Positions 56,034 through 64,000 of a DNA stretch of 64,000 nucleotides are shown piece after piece (the stretch's first letter is position 1; every line of letters starts with the position of its first letter). The DNA is from Bacteroidota bacterium (GTDB lineage Bacteria > Bacteroidota > Bacteroidia > UKL13-3). The notes under the pieces are model-generated. The model was not told where the DNA came from and made no database searches. It saw only the letters and a list, made by a program, of their open reading frames with translations. The position numbers and the translations under genes are program-made. The stretch is from contig JBPXJS010000052.1 of NCBI GenBank assembly GCA_051715425.1, positions 51,801-115,800 of the forward strand, written 5' to 3'.

Positions 56034-58721
56034 TTAAATAATATATTTAAACCATTTTCTCATCCAACCACTTAGTTCATTTGCATTAAGTTCCTCCCTA
56101 TTGTCCAATTTAGAAATTACAAATCGTACATGGTACTCCGAAAATAGGTATCGGTGTTCCATTAGAACCCTTAAATAATTCCAATAAACCTCTCGTCTGG
56201 TTGAGTTTACAAACAGTAACCACCACCAAACCCTTATCCTGTTCATAAGTGTAAGAGAAGGGACATCAAGTGTTACAGGTGAAATGGTGTTTCTCGTCAG
56301 GTGCATAGCTTTAGCTTCTGCTTCAACCTCATGGGATTTATTAATCTGAGAGTAACCAATTCTTTCAGGTGTGGCCTTTTGTTCATTTAAATCAAAACCC
56401 TTAGAGAATTGAATAAGCAGCAGTAAAGCCAACTCGTTAGCAAAATTTACTTCACCATTCAGCCAGTCATACACGCTCCGTTCCATTGCAGTTAATGGCC
56501 TTATTTTATTTATAAAGCTTGGGTACCAGATACCACCAACATTTACGCTGTAATCCGCACCACTTAAAAACTGCCGTTGGTTCTTGTACACTTCAACCAG
56601 ACCATTTAAAACACTTTCCCTTTCACCGAGAGTGGCATATTTAAAAACCTTTTCAAGATTCCTGATCCCCGACTCCATATCATTTGTTATATGAACAACG
56701 ATAGTATCTATTATTGCATGTCTTACCTGTAACCGCAATTCCTTTGTAAACAATTCCAGTAATACCTCCCAAACATCATTCACGGTTATCAGACCTTCCT
56801 TATAAGATATCCGCTGATAAATTTTTAGAACAGTCACCAAAATCTGATCTCTGTCAGCAAGTATTTCCTTATTTTTACCCTCCAGACTTAGATTTATGCA
56901 GTTACTTAACCAATACTCAATATGCACCTTTACTTCATTCTGATTTGACTGGTAAGCCTCAGAAACAGCAGAAGCAATTGTATCCTCCATGGCTTTATTC
57001 ACCATAAACGTATTCTGCAACTCATCTCTGAGCAGTGAATGATGTTTTACAATCAAAGGGTAAAGCGTTTTAGTTAATCTTGTGTGAAGGGTTGTATCGT
57101 TCTCTGAGGCTATTCTGCACAATAATTTGATCAAGTCAGGGTTTAATTTATTTGGAGAGTCATATTCTGCGGCATAATGTAATGTCAGTAGTATTGTAGA
57201 TTTAAGATATGTGCCAGCCTTGTTCTTCCTTGCACCAATATCGGGGGCATTTTCAGCATCGTCAAGTATGTCAACAACTTTGTTAATCGCTGATTTATCC
57301 TCAAGCCACCTTTGCAAAAGATCAAAAAGCAGATGCTCTTTCCCATAAAGACGCCATCTTGCTAATGCTTTAGCTGTAACCCTTTGTAAACTTTCATCAC
57401 TAGATGCGGCAAAATAAATCAACCGCTCCTCTACAAAAGGTAATGAGATCATCCCTAAATCACTTAGTAATTCTGCTATAACTACCCTTAATAATGCTCT
57501 TTTCTCGCGGGTGCTATAAATATCTTTACTCATAAGTTTACGAATACGCGATTTACTTCCGATATCCACAAGAATAGGAAGTGCTGCCAAAATATGACGT
57601 CTGTGAGTATGCCATGCAGCTTTTATAATATCAACTCTTTGATTAGGAAATTTACCCTTAAAAATATTAGCAGAATCGTTGTGCGCTTCGAACTTGAAAA
57701 ATGTCATCATAAAGTCAAGGTCACCATAATCGAGTGCTTTCAGATCAGGATTCCTATAGTGCCAGAACTCCTCTATCACTTTTTGAATAACATCAAAAAA
57801 CTGACCCTCATATAACCCCTCGAATAAAGCCGCACCTAGAGCAAGAATCTTTTCCCTTTCACTCAATCTTTTGTACCACTTTGTTATAATAGACTCTGTT
57901 TGATCCTTAAAAGTACATAAAATTTCATCGACTGCCGTAGGTGACAATTGCTCTTCATTCATGGCGAGCATTTCACAAAATACAACAATCTGTTCCGGGG
58001 TTTTAAAGAGACCAGCAACTTCTTTAACAGTGAGCTTATCTGTAATAAGGTTTTCGGAAGTAAAGTCTTCATTAGCCTTCTTCAACGGTTGCATTGCCTT
58101 GGTTTTATTTAACTCTTCTAGAAAAACACCGAGTAGAACAGCATCCTCATATAAATCGCTACTTGGTATTTCAAACCAATATTTTTTGAGAATATAATCT
58201 GGTTGCCCCCACAAATCAATTGCTAAGTTTGACGTAATAATTATGAAGTGCTGCCTTTGCTCTGCTATTCGTCCAATATTCTCAAGGTCGAAATTAACCT
58301 CCTTCGGACCAATTTGATTAAGAATAAAAAGACATGGGTCACTTTCCTCTCTAATTTCCTTTCCTATATCCTGTCCACTTTCATAAGAACCTCTGAGTTC
58401 CTTTACTTTCAGTTTCAATAAGGAAGCTAGACATGAAGAGAGATGCCTCGCAAATATTTCCTTATCAAATCCGAACAAACCTGTTATTAGTACCAGCCTG
58501 TTCTGTTTTATTCTAGTTAGTAAACTATTTGTAAATTTTGGTGCGAGATAAAATTCATTAGTGTATTGTTCATGATTAACCTCAGTAAAGAGAGAATTAT
58601 TGTAATAATTGTTCTCCTCAATGTAAACATCTCTTCCAGCTAAATTCTGGACATTCATTTCAACAGCTTCTCCATTTACAGTTACTTGTGATTCTATTGC
58701 TGATTTGTTATCATTTTCCAT
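56034..58721 (-). CDS. Degenerate STAND-like NTPase with helical-repeat C-terminus and N-terminal amyloid-like motif
   Basis: LVLITGLFGFDKEIFA (degenerate Walker A), LFILNQ (degenerate Walker B), IIITS; long HEAT/ARM-like helical region. Confidence 0.65.
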   Translation of the reverse strand: MENDNKSAIESQVTVNGEAVEMNVQNLAGRDVYIEENNYYNNSLFTEVNHEQYTNEFYLAPKFTNSLLTRIKQNRLVLITGLFGFDKEIFARHLSSCLASLLKLKVKELRGSYESGQDIGKEIREESDPCLFILNQIGPKEVNFDLENIGRIAEQRQHFIIITSNLAIDLWGQPDYILKKYWFEIPSSDLYEDAVLLGVFLEELNKTKAMQPLKKANEDFTSENLITDKLTVKEVAGLFKTPEQIVVFCEMLAMNEEQLSPTAVDEILCTFKDQTESIITKWYKRLSEREKILALGAALFEGLYEGQFFDVIQKVIEEFWHYRNPDLKALDYGDLDFMMTFFKFEAHNDSANIFKGKFPNQRVDIIKAAWHTHRRHILAALPILVDIGSKSRIRKLMSKDIYSTREKRALLRVVIAELLSDLGMISLPFVEERLIYFAASSDESLQRVTAKALARWRLYGKEHLLFDLLQRWLEDKSAINKVVDILDDAENAPDIGARKNKAGTYLKSTILLTLHYAAEYDSPNKLNPDLIKLLCRIASENDTTLHTRLTKTLYPLIVKHHSLLRDELQNTFMVNKAMEDTIASAVSEAYQSNQNEVKVHIEYWLSNCINLSLEGKNKEILADRDQILVTVLKIYQRISYKEGLITVNDVWEVLLELFTKELRLQVRHAIIDTIVVHITNDMESGIRNLEKVFKYATLGERESVLNGLVEVYKNQRQFLSGADYSVNVGGIWYPSFINKIRPLTAMERSVYDWLNGEVNFANELALLLLIQFSKGFDLNEQKATPERIGYSQINKSHEVEAEAKAMHLTRNTISPVTLDVPSLTLMNRIRVWWWLLFVNSTRREVYWNYLRVLMEHRYLFSEYHVRFVISKLDNREELNANELSGWMRKWFKYII

Positions 58722-59319
58722 TGCGACTCCCTGTTTTTCTTTTATTTATATATTGATTCCCACCTGAAATATTGTCTGCGTTAACAACAACATTCTTACC
58801 GCTAATAGTAATTCCTCCTTTAGTTTTTCCTTCATCCTTTTGAACCACACTTTCAACATCTTCTTGTTTTTTGATACCCTCTACTAACTTTACCAAAACG
58901 TGGGATAAGCCTTTCTTAGAATAAACACCTGCCCTCAATGCTAATTCTGGGAAATCAGATTTTATTTCGGCAGCTGTAATGTTGTGCCAAACAGGGAAGA
59001 TTATCTTTCGATCAGTATATTCCAGAGCTAACAATGCCTGTAATTCGCGGATTCCCCATATACTTTTTATAAAGTTCTCACTTATAATTACAACCGCAAA
59101 TCTACATGTAGGAATAATCTTTTTAATTATATCTTCTAATGGATCACCAACAGCAAGATCACTACCAGAATACCAAACTTTATATCCTGCTTCTTTCAGC
59201 AGAACTGAAATTGGTTCTGCAATGGCATGTTTATCTTCATTTGCATGTGAGATAAATACATCATATTTGAAATAACCAGGGTGTTTCATAGAAGCAGACC
59301 AATTTGCAAACCGGCCCAT
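58711..59319 (-). CDS. TIR-domain protein with C-terminal amyloid-like motif
   Basis: YDVFISHANEDK, VVIISENFIKSIWGIREL, IFPVWHN; start may be MKHP (59289). Confidence 0.88.
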   Translation of the reverse strand: MGRFANWSASMKHPGYFKYDVFISHANEDKHAIAEPISVLLKEAGYKVWYSGSDLAVGDPLEDIIKKIIPTCRFAVVIISENFIKSIWGIRELQALLALEYTDRKIIFPVWHNITAAEIKSDFPELALRAGVYSKKGLSHVLVKLVEGIKKQEDVESVVQKDEGKTKGGITISGKNVVVNADNISGGNQYINKRKTGSRNGK

Positions 59320-59332
59320 TTTAATTATGAAA

Positions 59333-59399
59333 CAAAGATTGACAGCTGATAGAACTCAGCTAATTTATTTTCCGAACTACCCGATATTGTTTCTGAATC
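59333..59399 (-). promoter_or_regulatory. Candidate LytTR direct repeats and -7 element for the TIR operon
   Basis: Minus strand GATTCAGAAA / AGTTCGGAAA / AGTTCTATCA at 21-22-bp period; AATCTTTG at 59340-59333. Confidence 0.4.
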
Positions 59400-59406
59400 G
59401 CTCTTT

Positions 59407-60162
59407 TTAACGTATTAACCTGAAACACTTCAGTACATCATCGTAGAATTTATCTCCTATCTGTAACTCCTTTTTATTAAGCACAAGTATATTGCCCTTA
59501 ATTTCCTCTACCCGCTCTATATTTACTACATGTGAGCGGCTTATTCTGACAAAAGAAGGCAAACCCACTTTATCGTAAATATGATTCATGCTTTTGCTGT
59601 AGGTATGCCTTTCACCGGATGTTGTATAAAAATAAGTATACGAACCATCAGCCTCCATATAAAGCAAGTCCTTTAATCCTATTTTTTTGAAATGTTTGTT
59701 TTCAACCCTGATAAATAATGAATCATTAACCAAATAATGATCTTCCTCATTTTGATCATCAACCTCCGCTAATTTTGCTTTGCCCTTATGTTGTTCATTG
59801 AACAATGCCTGATTTATACTTGCAATAACCTGACGTTCATTAAATGGTTTGATGAGGTACGCGGACGGATTGACTTGCGAAGCCCTTTTAACCACATCCG
59901 GATTATCAATATCTGTAAGAAATATCAACATCACCGGATGCAGCTTCTTTATCCGCAGAGCTGCATCAATTCCATCTGCCTTTCCATTGAGATTAATGTC
60001 CATTATGATAATATCTGCTTTATCCTCCTTAAAGGATTTCACCGCTTCATCTGCTGAATCAACCTCATCAGTAATCTGATATCCTGCCCTTTTTAATTTG
60101 GCAGATATATCAGCAGCAATCAATACCTCATTTTCTACAATCAGAATCTTAATATCAGACAT
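59407..60162 (-). CDS. LytTR-family response regulator
   Basis: REC (IIMDINL, FLT, KPF) plus LytTR (YMEADGSY, FVRISRSHVVN). Confidence 0.92.
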   Translation of the reverse strand: MSDIKILIVENEVLIAADISAKLKRAGYQITDEVDSADEAVKSFKEDKADIIIMDINLNGKADGIDAALRIKKLHPVMLIFLTDIDNPDVVKRASQVNPSAYLIKPFNERQVIASINQALFNEQHKGKAKLAEVDDQNEEDHYLVNDSLFIRVENKHFKKIGLKDLLYMEADGSYTYFYTTSGERHTYSKSMNHIYDKVGLPSFVRISRSHVVNIERVEEIKGNILVLNKKELQIGDKFYDDVLKCFRLIR

Positions 60163-60238
60163 GGTTATTTCTATTATACCATGAAATTAGCAAGATATAT
60201 TTATATTTCCTCCCTGATTTTCCAAAACCGTCATTATT

Positions 60239-62062
60239 ATGTGTAAACATTGGTTTTTCATTTGTGTAACCCTTTTCCCTATTACCATACAGGCACAAAA
60301 AACACTTGACGAAATTCACATCATCGCAGATAGTTTGCTAAATAATGGAAAATGGAATGAGGGAATTATCTGGTGTAAAAAAGGGCTCGAACTTTCCATA
60401 AAAAAGGATGAAGTCTATTATGAGGCAGCCTTTCTTCACGAGCTGGGCGTTGCATTTCAATACAAAGAAGAACGGGATACAGCACGCTCATATTTTGAAA
60501 AGGCCATTGTTATAGCAGAGAAGAACAACGATTATACAGTATTGGGAGCTTCTTTCAGAAGTCTCGCCAGCTTTTGTATTGATAACGGAAATTATATTTC
60601 TGCCATGAACTACCTGCTGAAGGCTTTGCCATGCTTTGAAAATACCAATGATCTTTATGGCGTATTTACTACTTTTAATACTTTAGGGAATCTCCAATTT
60701 CAAAGGGAACAATACGACTCCGCCATATACAACTACAATAAAGCCTTGACGGCCCTTGGTAAAATTCCGTTAACCTTACTGGGATTAAGAGAGCAGAATC
60801 TTGACAAGGGAATTCTGTTTAATAATATGGGTGAGACCTATAGAAAAAAAGCTTCATATGATACCGCCCTCATCTACTTGCGAAGTGCTTTGTTTTTAAA
60901 AGCGAATGCTGAAAACCAAGGTCACCTTGCCAACACCCAACTTGCCCTTGGAAAAGTTTATGATGAATACCGCAATTACGCAGTAAGCGACTCTTTTTAC
61001 CTTCAATCATACTCAATAAGCAAGCAGGTTAAAAACAAATCTCAGACCGCTGAGGCGGCAAATGCCATAGCCTCCCTTTATATCAAATTAAAAAAATATA
61101 TCCTTGCGGAACAATACCTTAATGAGTCAAGAGAGATTGCATCAAAAGACACGCTACGTGAAATACTGCTTGAAAATTATAAAATCAGCAAAAACCTTTA
61201 TGAGCACAAGAAACAATTTAGTCTAGCTTTACATTATGCTGATCTTTATACCAATCTGAAAGATGTGTTACGGGATGAAAAAATGAACCGTGATATTGAG
61301 GAGTTAAAAATGAAATTTAACTTCGAAAACCTTGAAGTCAATTATGATCTCGCTATCAGGAAGAAAGAAAATGAACGTCAGATATATCTCCTTATCGCCA
61401 TCTTCCTGGGACTAACGGTTATCCTGGTAATGGCAGGATATGTTAAAATCAGAGAGGGAAAAAACAAGGTTGAAATATTGATGCGCGAACTAAATCATCG
61501 GGTCAAAAATAACCTTCAGGTTTTATCAGGAATACTCAGTTTACAGCATGATCAACTCAATGATGAAACTGCATTGAAAGTAATAAAAGAAACGGAAAAC
61601 AGGGTATTAGCCATGTCTTTTATCCATCGCAAATTATATAAGGGAAAGGAGTTTACATCCATTCAGTTTAATGAATTCATTACTGAACTAACAACTGAAC
61701 TCATGTTGAGTTATGGGTATAATAAAAACACCCTGAAAATGGAACTGCAACTTGAAAGTGTACTGTTAAATGTAGACAAAGCACTTCCTCTTGGGCTTAT
61801 TATTAATGAGCTTGTTTCCAACACCTTTAAACATGCCTTTTCACATCAACCGTCCCCGGAACTATTTATTAGAATATTTTTAAAAAACAGACAACTTCAT
61901 ATTTATATAAAGGATAATGGATCCGGCTTGGAAGACCCCAACAACATAAAAGATTCATTCGGATATCGTCTTATTCACATGCTGGTAAAGCAACTACATG
62001 CCACTATCATAATCTCAAACAATAATGGAACCGAGGTTCAGCTCACCGTTCCTTATACATAA
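60239..62062 (+). CDS. TPR-sensor histidine kinase (HisKA_2 type)
   Basis: Signal peptide, TPR repeats, TM helix, RELNHRVKNNLQ, NELVSN, DNGSG. Confidence 0.9.
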   Translation: MCKHWFFICVTLFPITIQAQKTLDEIHIIADSLLNNGKWNEGIIWCKKGLELSIKKDEVYYEAAFLHELGVAFQYKEERDTARSYFEKAIVIAEKNNDYTVLGASFRSLASFCIDNGNYISAMNYLLKALPCFENTNDLYGVFTTFNTLGNLQFQREQYDSAIYNYNKALTALGKIPLTLLGLREQNLDKGILFNNMGETYRKKASYDTALIYLRSALFLKANAENQGHLANTQLALGKVYDEYRNYAVSDSFYLQSYSISKQVKNKSQTAEAANAIASLYIKLKKYILAEQYLNESREIASKDTLREILLENYKISKNLYEHKKQFSLALHYADLYTNLKDVLRDEKMNRDIEELKMKFNFENLEVNYDLAIRKKENERQIYLLIAIFLGLTVILVMAGYVKIREGKNKVEILMRELNHRVKNNLQVLSGILSLQHDQLNDETALKVIKETENRVLAMSFIHRKLYKGKEFTSIQFNEFITELTTELMLSYGYNKNTLKMELQLESVLLNVDKALPLGLIINELVSNTFKHAFSHQPSPELFIRIFLKNRQLHIYIKDNGSGLEDPNNIKDSFGYRLIHMLVKQLHATIIISNNNGTEVQLTVPYT

Positions 62063-62064
62063 AA

Positions 62065-62090
62065 AAAGCCCGCACGGATATGCGGGCTTT
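62065..62090. terminator. Bidirectional intrinsic terminator
   Basis: AAAGCCCGCA-CGGATA-TGCGGGCTTT. Confidence 0.85.
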
Positions 62091-62109
62091 AATTTAAACA
62101 CAAGTCTGG

Positions 62110-62535
62110 TTATTCTTCTATCATTGTTACATCTTCCACAATGTACTCACCTTGATCCGGATCATTTACAAAACCGAAAGATTTATAGGTTGTAATAAAT
62201 CCGCTGGCTTCAACGCGGAGATAATAGTTACCTGGTAAGATATCATCAATTTCATAATCACCATTTGAATCAGTAGATGTATTGGTAATATCCGAGCTAT
62301 CAATAGGGGAGCAAAGCACAACAGTTGCACCACTAATCGGATTTGCGTTAACCGATTTTATTTTCCCTTTTATTGTTCTTGGACGATCCTCCACGTCAAC
62401 AGCCACAAGAGGTTTTTGGGGCTTTTGTGCTACCGATTCCTTAGTTTGGGTCATGAAGTCATTGTCTTTTGAACAACTTGTAGTAAAAGTGCTGATCACA
62501 AACAGACCAGAAACTATCATTAATAAATGTTTCAT
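62110..62535 (-). CDS. Lipoprotein with carboxypeptidase-regulatory-like domain
   Basis: TTSC lipobox; IKGKI..PISGATV..TDSNGDY..PGNY..ASGF. Confidence 0.8.
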   Translation of the reverse strand: MKHLLMIVSGLFVISTFTTSCSKDNDFMTQTKESVAQKPQKPLVAVDVEDRPRTIKGKIKSVNANPISGATVVLCSPIDSSDITNTSTDSNGDYEIDDILPGNYYLRVEASGFITTYKSFGFVNDPDQGEYIVEDVTMIEE

Positions 62536-63029
62536 TTTGTTTTTATTTAATGGTTAAAGAATTGAAAATGGGGAAGGCATGGTTTTCCCGTTAATAAGCT
62601 CCCGGAGCTTACCGCAAGGGTCTGCCTTCGATTTTTTTAGAGGTGATGAACCATTACCTTATCCTGCCACCTCTTATAGCAGGCGGAGGCAATGGTCTTT
62701 CTGGTTTGTGAGGACATTTACGCAGGAATAGTAAACGAACAGTGCTTTTCATCAAATGATGCAGGCAAATACCTGTGCTTTTCTGTATTGTTCCGTTTCC
62801 TGTTTGTTGTCCTCGTTCCCTATAGGGGGCAATTGCAATTGCTGTTAATTAACAGGTACAAAGGTGCACCGCCCTTTAAAAAAAGTCCTTACAAAGTCAC
62901 TACGTAATCAGCGAGACTTTTTACATCATAAACATGGTTTCTGCGGGTTGAGAAAGTTTTTCAGAGGGTTCAGAAAATGAATTGGTGACTGATCCATCAC
63001 CAGTTTACATTTGCTTATAAAACTAAAAG

Positions 63030-63800
63030 ATGTCACAAAATCCTGAACATATTATCTCACTAATCAATGATTTAGCAGATAAAACAAACCAGTCTCTTGA
63101 TGGGCATGGCTTTCAAAGAATAAGTGATTATGTGGAAGAATTTACAGGTACACCCATAACTAATCGTTATTTAAAAGAAACGTATATCAATGCCATTAAT
63201 GCACAGCAATCCGGCACCACAAAAACCAAATTCTACCTGGTAAAAATTGACCTTCTTGCCAAGGTTCTTGGTTATAAAAACTTTAACGCTTATGCAGATA
63301 GTAAGTCAGCACCATTAGAGCCTCAACTATTAGGTTGCATTGGTACTTGGTGGAGCATTGTGCGAGCAAACATGGGAAATTATCTGTTGAAGGCACCTGT
63401 GAGAATAACAAAGTCACCTGATCACAATATTATGATAGAGTTAAAAGGTGGCTTAAGGACTTTTAATGGAACAGCTACACATCGTGTTGGAAATATTTTC
63501 TGTGAATTGGATGCCGGAAAAGATAAAAAACTTTACATCGTTCTAAAAATTGGCACCAGCGAAAACCCGCTGCTACTTCAGGGAACCTTTGCCGGTATAT
63601 CATCAGCCGGAGACCCTATTGCAGGAAGAGAGTTGTTTGTACGAGAAGATAAAATGTCGTATGAGGAAATGAAATGGGAAAAAATTCCATGTGATACTAT
63701 GGTTCTGGATAAAAGGATCAATTCTTATTTTGAAACATACGAAGGCAATTGTTTGAAAGTAAACAAGGTAAGCACCTTCTCAATGACTGATTTAGATTAA
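63030..63800 (+). CDS. Hypothetical protein (helical N-domain, beta-rich C-domain)
   Basis: 256-aa ORF; IDLLAKVLGYKNF motif; TACATTTG -7 at 63006-63013. Confidence 0.7.
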   Translation: MSQNPEHIISLINDLADKTNQSLDGHGFQRISDYVEEFTGTPITNRYLKETYINAINAQQSGTTKTKFYLVKIDLLAKVLGYKNFNAYADSKSAPLEPQLLGCIGTWWSIVRANMGNYLLKAPVRITKSPDHNIMIELKGGLRTFNGTATHRVGNIFCELDAGKDKKLYIVLKIGTSENPLLLQGTFAGISSAGDPIAGRELFVREDKMSYEEMKWEKIPCDTMVLDKRINSYFETYEGNCLKVNKVSTFSMTDLD

Positions 63801-63810
63801 TCAAAAAAAA

Positions 63811-64000
63811 ATGGACTTTAAAGACCAAATTAAACTGTTAGGCGAAAGAGTGAAAAAACTCAAAGAACAGGTTCAAACAGAAGAAGCTACCAAGAATGCT
63901 TTTATTATGCCATTTATCAAAGAGCTGGGATATGATGTTTTCAACCCATACGAAGTAACACCTGAACTCACAGCAGATATTGGCATTAAGCAAGGAGAGA
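63811..64000 (+). CDS. Type I restriction HsdR N-terminal-like endonuclease domain protein (partial)
   Basis: Hand translation MDFKDQIKLLGERVKKLKEQVQTEEATKNAFIMPFIKELGYDVFNPYEVTPELTADIGIKQGE; runs off the window end. Confidence 0.8.
   Translation, partial: MDFKDQIKLLGERVKKLKEQVQTEEATKNAFIMPFIKELGYDVFNPYEVTPELTADIGIKQGE

Noticed and set aside
54882-59319. Thoeris, CBASS or Pycsar assignment
   Set aside because: No ThsA-like SIR2/Macro protein and no nucleotide cyclase; the architecture matches none of these.

Overview
Bacteroidota chromosomal window (T9SS C-terminal sorting domains, TAnnTTTG-type -7 promoters, lipoprotein signals). Positions ~1-37.2 kb are mostly housekeeping and envelope genes: a split FadF/HdrD-like Fe-S pair interrupted by a 3-gene secreted-protein insert, tRNA-Phe, ruvX, def, an acyl-CoA ligase, a GT2/methyltransferase/flavoprotein/GT-C-TPR glycosylation operon, menF/menI, a PAS hybrid kinase, prolyl oligopeptidase, gluQ, a ~1,870-aa repetitive T9SS protein, tatC, rpiB and meaB. 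Positions ~37.2-64 kb are accessory and hold two candidate undescribed systems. (1) A four-gene signalling unit (small CPxxC protein, multi-TM membrane protein, minimal HisKA_3 kinase, NarL/LuxR regulator) sits beside four copies of a tandem 16-bp palindrome (AGAGTGTTTTCACTCT x2, 22-bp period). Three copies lie at identical spacing from Bacteroidota promoter elements and define a likely regulon: a holin-like/amidase pair, a VioB-like protein lacking its ferritin-like domain, a propeller, an Omp85 barrel, a patatin, an alpha/beta hydrolase and a K+ channel. (2) A TIR / degenerate STAND-like NTPase / TIR-TM operon in which the TIR C-terminus and the NTPase N-terminus share an ungapped 22-aa motif resembling amyloid signalling sequences, downstream of a LytTR two-component pair. 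All family assignments come from motif recognition by eye, not database searches.
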